From the NCBI GenBank assembly GCA_963674705.1, contig OY771506.1, positions 4,480,001 to 4,544,000 on the forward strand: 64,000 nucleotides of DNA. Reading direction: 5' to 3'. Shown in pieces: positions 1 to 8,791 of this stretch (position 1 is the stretch's first letter; each line of letters starts with the position of its first letter). Under the pieces are notes generated by a model. That model had not been told where the DNA came from, ran no database searches, and saw nothing but the letters and a program-made list of their open reading frames with translations. The position numbers and the translations under genes were made by a program. This DNA is from Phycisphaeraceae bacterium. GTDB lineage: Bacteria > Planctomycetota > Phycisphaerae > Phycisphaerales > Phycisphaeraceae.

Positions 1-983
1 CCGCTATCAGTCGACAGACGTTCATGGCACTGCCCGCACTCCCCGATGATGTCACGCATAAAACCGGGCGTCCCCGCCTGTGTAATGGAGTGGGCAGTAT
101 GACAATCCGTACAGACAGGCGCATCGGGATTATCTTCTGCTAACCGCTGCCCGTGAATGCTCGTGACATAAACCTCTTCGATCCCGCTGTGACAACTGCC
201 ACATGTGTCTGGGATATGCGTCCGGTTCACCGAGGAGCCTTCATCACTGCTGGGCAAGATATCGTGCGCCTTGTGGCAATCAACACAGGTCGCCGCCACG
301 ATCAACCCCGCTTCACGGACCGCCTTGCCATGGACACTTTCCATGTAGCTTGTGACGTATTCGGAAGAATCCAGTCCGTTTGCTAACTTGTCGTGGTGCT
401 CGCTGTGGCAATCTCCACAGAGGTTGACTACATTAAGCGGATACGTCTTGGCCCTGCGATCGGTCGATGGATAGATATCGTGCCCCCCGTGGCAATCAGC
501 ACAGGTTGGCGCCGAATCATCCCCATTAGCCAGCGCTTCAGCGTGGATACCCCGACGATGCTCCGCCGCAGCAGTCGTGTGACATGCACCGGTGCAATTC
601 ACCTGCTTCATCTGCATCGCGTGTGGCAGAAACTGTGCATCTTCGTGACATGAAGTACAAGCCAGCGCCGCGTGAGGACCGTCGGCTAAGGCATCCGGTG
701 TGACAAAAAGACCCGGCCTCTCGACCGGCTCCGCTTCCAGAAGGGACCGATCCTCCGGCGGGGCGACCATTGAGCGCCGCTCCGCGACTGACAGATTGGA
801 GATATGGTGTTGCCCGTGGCAGTTATAACAGCGATTGTTCTGGGTCTGTGCCTGGGTCAGTTCGACCGCCCAAGCCGGAGCTTGATACAAACCAATGACC
901 GCAAGACATATCAGCAGCTGACAGAACAAACCACTCACGGCGTGCCCACAACTCGTGATTCGTCCTTTAGTGCTTTCAATCAT
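1..983 (-). CDS. Multiheme c-type cytochrome (3' end lies outside the window), with N-terminal signal peptide; CbcL/cytochrome c3-like repeats
   Basis: Not in the ORF track. Manual translation from ATG 983 (alternative ATG 1004) is open to position 1: MIESTKGRITSCGHAVSGLFCQLLICLAVIGLYQAPAWA-VELTQ. It contains CYNCH, CTSCH, CTGACH, CADCH, CGDCH, CVDCH, CGSCH, CTDCH and CGQCH, plus recurring S[IV]HG motifs. Confidence 0.93.
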   Translation of the reverse strand, partial: MIESTKGRITSCGHAVSGLFCQLLICLAVIGLYQAPAWAVELTQAQTQNNRCYNCHGQHHISNLSVAERRSMVAPPEDRSLLEAEPVERPGLFVTPDALADGPHAALACTSCHEDAQFLPHAMQMKQVNCTGACHTTAAAEHRRGIHAEALANGDDSAPTCADCHGGHDIYPSTDRRAKTYPLNVVNLCGDCHSEHHDKLANGLDSSEYVTSYMESVHGKAVREAGLIVAATCVDCHKAHDILPSSDEGSSVNRTHIPDTCGSCHSGIEEVYVTSIHGQRLAEDNPDAPVCTDCHTAHSITQAGTPGFMRDIIGECGQCHERLSTDS

Positions 984-1117
984 CGTAGATACGTCCCTGA
1001 TCATCCCCGCCGGATTCCAATTACGACCGGTCATGGTTTGGCCTCGCATTCGGATGGCTGGGATTGAATCACGCCGACCACGCGAGGCGCGTACATACAA
1101 CCACCCAATTGCTGCAT

Positions 1118-1133
1118 TGCACACCGCGTGCCA
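1118..1133 (-). promoter_or_regulatory. Sigma54 (-24/-12) promoter for the cytochrome gene
   Basis: Minus strand reads TGGCACGCGGTGTGCA against the consensus TGGCAC-N5-TTGCW. It lies about 135 bp upstream of the cytochrome ATG, and an NtrC-type activator is encoded 4 kb away. Confidence 0.8.
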
Positions 1134-1181
1134 AGTGAGATTGCCCTAAAGCCAGCTATATAAGCTTGTTAATCCCCGTAC

Positions 1182-1197
1182 TTCTCAGATGTGAGAA
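1182..1197. promoter_or_regulatory. Palindromic site TTCTCA-N4-TGAGAA (copy 1), candidate enhancer/UAS
   Basis: TTCTCAgatgTGAGAA, just upstream of the sigma54 promoter. Identical arms occur at 5181-5196. Confidence 0.6.
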
Positions 1198-1232
1198 TGC
1201 CCCTTCCCGCCAACTCCCGTTCACAAGACCAT

Positions 1233-2543
1233 TTACCCCTCCCGGTTAATGGGCAGGTGGATAATTGCCGTGACGCCCTCCCCGGGCTTGTTATCGAACT
1301 CAATTCGCCCCCCCTGCCGTCGGATCAGGTTGTAGCTGATCGCCAGCCCCAGGCCGGTCCCTTTCCCGACTGGCTTGGTGGTGAAGAATGGCTCGAACAG
1401 GTGTGGCATGTGCTCCGGATCAATCCCCGGACCGTTGTCGGAAATCCATATCCTGCAGAACTGGCCGTTAAAAGCTGTCCCGACTTCAAGCCGCGGATTA
1501 TCCACTTGCCCTTCTTCCAGTGCATCCAACGAATTGAACAAAAGATTGGTCAGCACCTGCTGCAACGCATGCGGCTGTACTTCACACGCCCGGTTCTCCG
1601 ATGACAATTGCTTGTCTATCGTGACCTTGCGCTGCCTCCGATCAAACCGCGACATCTGCAAAGCCGACTCGACCTGGTCATTAATCGATACCCGCTCCCA
1701 GTGATAGTCAGTTGGATGAGCAAAGTCAGTTAGTTGACGAACGGTTTGCTTGATACGCTGGACCTGCTGCCGAAGGGATTCAATATTCTCCGGTGTCAGG
1801 TGCTTGTCGTTTCGCTGAATGAGTTGAAGTACGCTGTCCATGCTGGCTAGCGGGTTAGCGACTTCATGGGCAACTCCCGCAGCCATCTGCCCCAACCCAA
1901 CCATCTTCTCCTGCTGGATCATCGCCTCTTGCTGTTTCCGCAATTGCCGAACCAAGGCACGCACCCGGCGATTTCTTGCAAGCAGGTGCCAGTGATTGCG
2001 ACGCAGTGCATGCATGATGTGATTGGCCAGATAGATCGTCACCAGCAGCATGACCGCCCAGCCGACAAGCATTAATCGCTCAATGAATGTTTGAGGCAAG
2101 CTATCACTTACCGCCAGGCAACCCATCAACATCAACATCGCCGACAGAGCCACGCCATACGCATGCGCCGGCTGAAACAACATGCTCGTGAATACCATGT
2201 GGAACACAAAGAAGCCTATCAAAGGGCTCTGCAGACCACCTGTCCAGGTTGTCAGGATTGCCAGGCACCACAAGTCAGGCAGAATATGCAGCCAGACAAT
2301 CGGAGCATGTTGTCCCGAGTTTGTCTTGTAATACCTGAGCCTCTGCCTAAGTACGGCGTTGTAGGCAATGATCAGCCCCCCGATCACGACCATCCATGGC
2401 GCCATTGGATACCAATGCAGCCATAGCCAATCCAGGCCCGAAGCCAGGATCACGACCGCTGCCGCGATCCAGCGCAGCCGCACCAGCCAGACTATTTGCT
2501 GGATAAGCAAGCGCGTGGATTGATTCAATTGCTGTTCCGCCAT
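1233..2543 (-). CDS. Membrane-bound sensor histidine kinase (HisKA + HATPase_c)
   Basis: Several N-terminal TM helices; H-box VAHEVANPL; N-box NLLFNSLDA; DNGPGI, FEPFFTTK and GTGLGL boxes. Confidence 0.95.
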   Translation of the reverse strand: MAEQQLNQSTRLLIQQIVWLVRLRWIAAAVVILASGLDWLWLHWYPMAPWMVVIGGLIIAYNAVLRQRLRYYKTNSGQHAPIVWLHILPDLWCLAILTTWTGGLQSPLIGFFVFHMVFTSMLFQPAHAYGVALSAMLMLMGCLAVSDSLPQTFIERLMLVGWAVMLLVTIYLANHIMHALRRNHWHLLARNRRVRALVRQLRKQQEAMIQQEKMVGLGQMAAGVAHEVANPLASMDSVLQLIQRNDKHLTPENIESLRQQVQRIKQTVRQLTDFAHPTDYHWERVSINDQVESALQMSRFDRRQRKVTIDKQLSSENRACEVQPHALQQVLTNLLFNSLDALEEGQVDNPRLEVGTAFNGQFCRIWISDNGPGIDPEHMPHLFEPFFTTKPVGKGTGLGLAISYNLIRRQGGRIEFDNKPGEGVTAIIHLPINREG

Positions 2544-2567
2544 GCTGGATTTACCCGCACGAAGTGA

Positions 2568-3611
2568 CTACCTGCCCGCCGATGACTCGGGCCCGTCCTC
2601 TCGAGTCGATTCCTGCAGGTCCAGCATTTTAACACCATCCACGTAATCAGTCAGCACCACCCGCTTTAGCTGCTTCAGTGACGCGATCACCCCGGACATC
2701 CGATGCAGATTTTCCTGGATCTGCCCCAACCCCTTCTGTAGTGCCTCGTCAGGCCCGGATCGGCGTCGAAGCAGTGTCAATTGCAGGTCAATGGTGGTGA
2801 TCGCGTTGTTCAATTCGTGATTTAAGGTCAATGCGGTCTGCTGGAGCGTCTGGATACGCCGACGCTCATTTTCCTGAAGCTGCTCCGCCAGGCTGTTGTA
2901 GGCCTGCGCCAGTTCATCAAATTCGTCCGACTGGCCGATCACCACCCGATGCTCGAAGTTTTCCTTGGCTAATTCACGGCTGGCGTGTACGAGCCTGCCG
3001 ATAGGTCGAAGAACCATCCCGGCGGCACGCAACATCATCAATATCGACGTGTTGATTACGACCATAAAGCCAAGCGCAATCGCCACCACCAGCCAGCGGA
3101 ACTGCCCCGTCAGGATGGACTGCTCATCCCGTGAGTGTGCCTGGACATGGCGTGAGATTTCAAGCAGTTCATAGTGCATCTGTGCAGCCCGATCCAGACA
3201 CGCCATGTTGTACTGAAGCGATAATTCACGATCATTCGCTGTCGCCAGGATACCGACCAACGACTCAAATTCTTTCATGTCCGCCATATATTGCTGATAT
3301 GTCGGATAAATCTCCGGTTGCTTGATCGAATGATGCGAACCGAGTTCTACCGCCACCGCGTTCATCGCTTCGATCTCATCGACAAGCTGGTCCAGGTGTT
3401 GCTGCCGACCGGTCTGTAATGCATACAACTCGACCTGTACCGTCGACAAGCGAGTGTTTAATTCACTGGTGTGGTCAACCGCCATCGCGGCCGTGCGCAG
3501 GTTGTCCATGTCCACAAACACACGCTGCAATGACCACAAGGCAGCCACCGCCAACACCATGAGCATCGCGGCCAGAGTGACCAGGATCAGCATCAGTTTA
3601 CGGCGCAGCAT
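2568..3611 (-). CDS. Membrane sensor with HAMP and HisKA-like H-box but no ATPase domain
   Basis: Probable start MLRRKLMLIL at 3611. It has two TM helices, a HAMP domain (VLRPIGRL...DEFDELAQAYNSLAEQL) and the H-box LNHELNNAI, and ends about 80 aa later with no N/G boxes. Confidence 0.85.
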   Translation of the reverse strand: MLRRKLMLILVTLAAMLMVLAVAALWSLQRVFVDMDNLRTAAMAVDHTSELNTRLSTVQVELYALQTGRQQHLDQLVDEIEAMNAVAVELGSHHSIKQPEIYPTYQQYMADMKEFESLVGILATANDRELSLQYNMACLDRAAQMHYELLEISRHVQAHSRDEQSILTGQFRWLVVAIALGFMVVINTSILMMLRAAGMVLRPIGRLVHASRELAKENFEHRVVIGQSDEFDELAQAYNSLAEQLQENERRRIQTLQQTALTLNHELNNAITTIDLQLTLLRRRSGPDEALQKGLGQIQENLHRMSGVIASLKQLKRVVLTDYVDGVKMLDLQESTREDGPESSAGR

Positions 3612-4647
3612 GCTGGAAGCCCCCTTCTTCTTTTGCAGATAGCATATCGGACCGCATCGACTGTAACGCCGATTCCGGAGCCACTCCGATCTCATTCCAA
3701 TCCGGCCCCAGCTTTTCAATCATGTCATAGACAGACTGGAATTCCTCACGATCGCAAGGTTGAAACCTTGCAATACCAAACACTGACAAAACCCGAAGAC
3801 CTGCCTCGTTCTTATCCATATCCAGCAGAACGCTCGTTAATTGCTTGACCAGACTCACATCCAGATCACGCCGGACCAGCAGTGCGTTGTTAGGTACCGG
3901 TTCACCAACAGCCAATCTTCGGTAATGGATTGCCGGATCCGCCTTTTCAATGGCATCGATACGCAGGTCTTTCGCTGCCCCCGCATCCACTCGACCAAGT
4001 TGCACCTGATGTATTACCTGATCGTGTGTACCGACCCATCGTATGGTCACACGCTTGTCACCACTTAACAGGCCATGCTCACTAAGAACATACATCGGGA
4101 ACAGATGGCCGGCAGTCGTTGTCTGGATCATCGCGATGGATCGCCCTGCCAGGTCTTCCAGGCTGCGGATTGGTGAATTTTCCCGCACGAAGATAACACC
4201 GCGATAAGTACTGACGCCATCTGCTGTCTCCGGCTTCACAAGCACACGGGCATCCAACTGCCTGAGGGTCATCGCTCCTACCATCGACCCCATAAATGAC
4301 GCATCTGTTTGCCCATCAGCCATGTCCTTGAACGCCTGTTCATAATTGCTGGGCGTAACTAACTCGATCGGCCGTCCAAGCTCCTCCGACAGGTAATCTG
4401 CAAGTGCATGGTAGCGGCGACGCTGCTCAAAAACGTCTCGCTCGGGCATGATGCCGATCCTCAAAGCGACCATCCCTGACACGTTACGCACAGGTGAAGG
4501 CATATCGGTCTGCTTGTCCGGTTTGGGTTCTCGGCTCAACCAACAAAGCATCAAAAGAATCAACACCAACAGCGTACAGCTGAGAATCACCATCGAAATG
4601 CGCATGCGAGCTACTGCCATCAATCCATTCCTGCAATCTTCTTTCAC
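3598..4647 (-). CDS. PhnD-like phosphate/phosphonate-type substrate-binding protein
   Basis: Motifs LADYLSEELGRPIEL, YRGVIFVRENSPIRSLEDLAGRSIA, TTTAGHLFP and G.HDQVI..V..GRVDAGA. N-terminal TM anchor; exact start uncertain. Confidence 0.88.
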   Translation of the reverse strand: MKEDCRNGLMAVARMRISMVILSCTLLVLILLMLCWLSREPKPDKQTDMPSPVRNVSGMVALRIGIMPERDVFEQRRRYHALADYLSEELGRPIELVTPSNYEQAFKDMADGQTDASFMGSMVGAMTLRQLDARVLVKPETADGVSTYRGVIFVRENSPIRSLEDLAGRSIAMIQTTTAGHLFPMYVLSEHGLLSGDKRVTIRWVGTHDQVIHQVQLGRVDAGAAKDLRIDAIEKADPAIHYRRLAVGEPVPNNALLVRRDLDVSLVKQLTSVLLDMDKNEAGLRVLSVFGIARFQPCDREEFQSVYDMIEKLGPDWNEIGVAPESALQSMRSDMLSAKEEGGFQHAAP

Positions 4648-4768
4648 GACTTACCCAGCACTACTACAAATCTCGCGCCGAACTGGCGAGAGAACTGGTA
4701 TCCCGTTTGCGATAATTCTGACCGGACGAAGAAATCCGATTCTGTGATTAACCTGCGGAATACTTCTA

Positions 4769-5152
4769 ATGATTTTGCCTGCAAATAAAAACCAATATAA
4801 AGATATAAAAACCTTTAATGATCTGCATTTGCTCATCAAATTCATTGAGGTTTACTGCCAAGGCCATCATTCTGAACAAGCAGAATGCGATCTGTCGTTC
4901 TTGAAATATGTTGATCTGAAAGAACTTACGAACAAATTGCCGGACCTGTGCCCGGACTGTCAGAAGCTGCTTACGCATGCCCTTGTTAAACGCTCAACAT
5001 GTCCAATGGACCCTAAACCGACTTGTAAACACTGCACAAAGCACTGCTACCATCCCCATTACCGACAGCAGATTCGTGAGGTGATGAAGTATTCCGGTAA
5101 AAAGTTGGTGCTGCGAGGGCGGATAGATTATCTGATACATCTACTTTTTTGA
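4769..5152 (+). CDS. ygbA: YgbA-family (nitrous oxide-stimulated promoter family) Cys/His-rich protein
   Basis: IEVYC..HH, LCPDC..LL.HA..KRS.CP.DPKPTCKHC..HCY.P.YR.QIREVMKYSG, which is the YgbA-family pattern. Confidence 0.85.
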   Translation: MILPANKNQYKDIKTFNDLHLLIKFIEVYCQGHHSEQAECDLSFLKYVDLKELTNKLPDLCPDCQKLLTHALVKRSTCPMDPKPTCKHCTKHCYHPHYRQQIREVMKYSGKKLVLRGRIDYLIHLLF

Positions 5153-5180
5153 GTGCAATTGAGAGGAAAATGACTTACAA

Positions 5181-5196
5181 TTCTCACTCTTGAGAA
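5181..5196. promoter_or_regulatory. Palindromic site TTCTCA-N4-TGAGAA (copy 2), upstream of the NtrC-type regulator
   Basis: TTCTCActctTGAGAA, with the same arms, spacing and following TG as 1182-1197. Confidence 0.6.
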
Positions 5197-5286
5197 TGTT
5201 GGCGGGCGTATCTTTCATAACCAATGCGATGTCGACAAACGGGTAGTACCGGTTCGTCAGAGGACATCTATCTGCAGGCTAAGTCC

Positions 5287-6657
5287 ATGAGCAAATCGAT
5301 CCTGATTGTTGAAGACGAGGAGGTGTTACGCCAGAGCCTCGCGGAACTGCTTTCCGATGAAGGCTATGAAGTCCAGCAGGCATCCGACGGCAAGCAAGCG
5401 TACGAGTTGATCCTCGATCATCCGGCCGACCTGATCCTGACGGATATCCGCATGCCGAATATGGACGGCCTGGAACTGCTGGGCAAACTGCGACAGACCG
5501 CCCCACAGACGCCGGTCATTATTCTCACGGCCTACGGCACGGTGGAAAGCGCTGTCGCCGCGATGCACAGCGGCGCCCATGACTACATGCTCAAACCCGT
5601 CAACTTCGACGAGGTTTTGTTGAAGATCGAACGTGCGCTTGAATACGGCGATATGGACCGCACACGCCAAGTGATGACCGATCAGCTTGCAGAAGACAGC
5701 ACCTTCCACAATCTCGTCGGTGAAGCACCAAACATGACCCGCTTGTTTGATACGGTGAAAAAACTCGCCACCGTAAAAACAAGTGTGCTGATCGTGGGCG
5801 AATCCGGGACAGGCAAAGAGCTGTTCGCCCGGGCCGTACATTACAACGGTATCACACGCGATAAGCCTTTTGTCGCGGTAAACTGCGGCGCAATCCCTGA
5901 CAACCTGATCGAGTCGGAACTCTTCGGCTATCGGCGAGGCGCCTTCACCGGTGCTATCCGTGACAAAAAGGGATACTTTGAAGCCGCACATCACGGGACC
6001 CTGTTTCTCGATGAAATATCCACACTCCCATTAAGCGTACAAAGCTCATTGCTGCGTGCATTGGAGCAGCGAGTCGTCGTTCCCGTAGGGGACACTCAAC
6101 CCAGGCCGGTCGATGTCCGGATCATCGCCGCGAGCAACCGCGATCTTAAAACCATGGTCTCGGAAGGCGAGTTCCGTGAGGACCTGCTTTACCGCTTGGA
6201 TGTGGTCAAGCTGGAATTGCCGCCGCTGCGTCAACGTAAAGAAGATATCCCCGCATTGGTCCATCACTTCCTGAATAAATACACGCAAGCGATGAATAAA
6301 CACGTGCTGGGGATCACGAATGACGCCATGCGCGCGATGCTCTCGCATGAATGGCGGGGAAACGTACGCGAACTGGAAAACGTTATTGAAAGAGCCGTGA
6401 TCTTCGCCGAAGACCGGCACATCGAACCTGAGGACCTGCCCTTTGCCGTCCCCGGACTCGGCCACGATGATTCTGAATCCTTGAAAGAAGCGATGCGCCA
6501 GTTCGAACGCCATCACATCATGTACTGCCTCAAGAAACACAACTTCGATAAGGCCGAAGCCGCCAAACATCTTGAGATCGGGATCTCCAGCCTCTATCGC
6601 AAGCTGGAAGAACTAAACATCCCTAAAAAGTTTGATGAGAATCCTACCCCCGTCTAA
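5287..6657 (+). CDS. Sigma54-dependent response regulator (NtrC family: REC-AAA+-HTH)
   Basis: REC domain (ILIVEDE, DIRMP), Walker A GESGTGKE, GAFTGA, LFLDEI, W.GNVREL and a Fis-type HTH. Likely start MSKSILIV at 5287. Confidence 0.97.
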   Translation: MSKSILIVEDEEVLRQSLAELLSDEGYEVQQASDGKQAYELILDHPADLILTDIRMPNMDGLELLGKLRQTAPQTPVIILTAYGTVESAVAAMHSGAHDYMLKPVNFDEVLLKIERALEYGDMDRTRQVMTDQLAEDSTFHNLVGEAPNMTRLFDTVKKLATVKTSVLIVGESGTGKELFARAVHYNGITRDKPFVAVNCGAIPDNLIESELFGYRRGAFTGAIRDKKGYFEAAHHGTLFLDEISTLPLSVQSSLLRALEQRVVVPVGDTQPRPVDVRIIAASNRDLKTMVSEGEFREDLLYRLDVVKLELPPLRQRKEDIPALVHHFLNKYTQAMNKHVLGITNDAMRAMLSHEWRGNVRELENVIERAVIFAEDRHIEPEDLPFAVPGLGHDDSESLKEAMRQFERHHIMYCLKKHNFDKAEAAKHLEIGISSLYRKLEELNIPKKFDENPTPV

Positions 6658-6688
6658 AGGTGCAATTTAAATCCCCCGCAACTGTCGA

Positions 6689-8668
6689 CTATCGCCTGGT
6701 AGCGATGCGCTTTTCACCATAAACCTTCATCTCATAGATCGTCGGCGAATACCAGTTGTTCGGATTGTTGTGTAGATGAGCACCGTGAACGGTCAATCTC
6801 ACGTACCGCGCCTCGGCCGGCTTCTCCAACACATCACTCGTAAAGCCGTAGGTCTTGCTGACGATCGTATTGTCTGTATCAGTGCGGTCCAGTAACGTAG
6901 TCCACATCTTGCCATCGAGGCTGCCATCGATCGTATAGGTGTAATAGCCTTCCGATCCCTTGTGGATATACCAGGAGGTCTGGACGTTCTTAATGACGCA
7001 AGGTGAACCGAGGTCCACACCAATCTCGAACGGCCAGTCTTTCCGATCGCTGCGGAAGAATGTGTCATAGTCCCCGTCAAATGCCTTCGCTACTTCATTA
7101 CCGAGACTGCCCGGGATAGAAGCCTCCGCAGGCTGATCCTGCGAAAGCAGTTGCCCTAGCTCCACCGGCACAATCTCCTTACGGGCAACGTCATAAAGCA
7201 GGTACGGCACATAATCAAAGAAAGCAAAACCATCGGCAAAACGCACCGGCATGATGACCTTTCGGCTCGTGCTATCCCCTCGGATCCAGCGGTTGGCTGC
7301 CATCACACGAACGTATGGCTCGCTGTCGCCAAACTCGATAATCGGGCCCGACTGCGACGAGAAAGTGGAGTTGTTCCCGATCGAGCGCGGCTCGCTCCAA
7401 GGCCCATACAACGAACGAGATGAAACATACCCGCCCCGGCTGGGATACCAGCCCGCCGCCTGCGAGAAGAAGAAGTAATAGAACTCGCCATGCTTCACGA
7501 TATGCGGCGCTTCCCGGTACCCCCCTTCCATCACCTTGGCGACGATCTCCGTCACATCGGTGTAGTCGTCATTCATCTTGAAGATGTAGAGCGTAGCATT
7601 CGCGCCTTGTCCGAGAACGTTCGAGGCCGCCACCAGGTAACCCTGGCCGTCCTCATCTCGGAAGATCGACATGTCGCGAACCTGCACATCGAACGGGTTG
7701 TAGATGTGGTGGATGGTAAAAGGCTGCCCCGGCGTCGCGGTCGCGACCATCGCCCTGCCGTGCCCGTACCGTGGACCCGACAGTTCCCAGTGACACCACC
7801 ACACGATCTTGTCATGCTTTGCGTCGTAAAACTGCGTGCCGGCCTCGAACTTCACATCCGCCATATCAGGATGGCTGTTGCGATCCATCACGACCGGCCC
7901 CTGCGTCCAATGCTCCAGATCCGGCGACGTCCATTGCGTAACGATCAACGATGTCCCGTCGCGCTCCCTGCGATATTCATAGTAAGTATCTCCCACCTTG
8001 ATCGTCTGTTCACGCAGACGTTTTTCGTTCGCCGATTCATTTGAAATACGTGAAAGACCGGTCGGCATCTGCCTGGTTGTGATCGATTCGACGCTCGATT
8101 CAACAGAGCCATCCTTCGAGCTTGCTTTCAAACGGTAATAGTAAGTACCCTCAGCCAAAGCGTAATCGTTGCAGGATCGACCGGCCCCTTCATAGATTTT
8201 CTCAAACGGACCCGAATCCTGCGACGCCCGATAGACTTCAAACTTTTCATAATGCCCGGATGTAGCCCACTGCAAAGCAACGTTATTAATGGGCCCTCTA
8301 TCACTGGTAGCAAACAACGAAGCACTCAATCCGATCTCCGGAAGCTGTGCTTGCTGCAACTCACGCTTTTCCAGCCCCGACATGCTGCGTTTCAGTTCAT
8401 TAAACGCTTCGCGCAATTCAGCCAGGCTCGCATCGTCCGATCGCCCAGCCTCACGTGCCGTATTCAGCGCTGAACGCATGTCGTTCCAGCTCCGGATCGT
8501 GTACTCATGCTCAGGCACTTGACGCGCCTGCTCCACCAACTCGTTTACTTTCTGCCTGGCCTGCTCATCGCCAGCACCCGGCTCAGCAGCCTGCGTACCG
8601 ATCGCGAAACATGTGACAAACAACATGCATACAAAAACAACTGCTTGATGATAAATGCTTCTATTCAT
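6689..8668 (-). CDS. Secreted GH43-family glycoside hydrolase (GH43_24-like) with C-terminal F5/8 type C (CBM32-like) domain
   Basis: Signal peptide, a FIVAR-like helical segment and an FN3-like segment; WWCHWE...YGHGRAMVA, RDMSIFRDEDGQGYL and REAP motifs; C-terminal AFDGD..T...VDLG...ARYVRL...IYEMKVYG. Confidence 0.82.
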   Translation of the reverse strand: MNRSIYHQAVVFVCMLFVTCFAIGTQAAEPGAGDEQARQKVNELVEQARQVPEHEYTIRSWNDMRSALNTAREAGRSDDASLAELREAFNELKRSMSGLEKRELQQAQLPEIGLSASLFATSDRGPINNVALQWATSGHYEKFEVYRASQDSGPFEKIYEGAGRSCNDYALAEGTYYYRLKASSKDGSVESSVESITTRQMPTGLSRISNESANEKRLREQTIKVGDTYYEYRRERDGTSLIVTQWTSPDLEHWTQGPVVMDRNSHPDMADVKFEAGTQFYDAKHDKIVWWCHWELSGPRYGHGRAMVATATPGQPFTIHHIYNPFDVQVRDMSIFRDEDGQGYLVAASNVLGQGANATLYIFKMNDDYTDVTEIVAKVMEGGYREAPHIVKHGEFYYFFFSQAAGWYPSRGGYVSSRSLYGPWSEPRSIGNNSTFSSQSGPIIEFGDSEPYVRVMAANRWIRGDSTSRKVIMPVRFADGFAFFDYVPYLLYDVARKEIVPVELGQLLSQDQPAEASIPGSLGNEVAKAFDGDYDTFFRSDRKDWPFEIGVDLGSPCVIKNVQTSWYIHKGSEGYYTYTIDGSLDGKMWTTLLDRTDTDNTIVSKTYGFTSDVLEKPAEARYVRLTVHGAHLHNNPNNWYSPTIYEMKVYGEKRIATRR

Positions 8669-8791
8669 GGTTAATCCTGCCTTTCGGGTATCGCAGCGTA
8701 CAAGCTAGCAACACTCGCCTTGCTTGGGAATTGCAAACATGCTTTACATCAAGATTTGCCACGCCCTGCTTTACATCACCAAACCCAAACA

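Noticed and set aside
153..1149. Short plus-strand ORFs in the track (153, 393, 804, 955)
   Set aside because: They are mostly antisense shadows of the minus-strand multiheme cytochrome and its promoter region.
3598..4647. PhnD-like gene as evidence of phosphonate uptake or C-P lyase
   Set aside because: No phnC, phnE or phnG-M genes are present; the context is a sensor-kinase operon.
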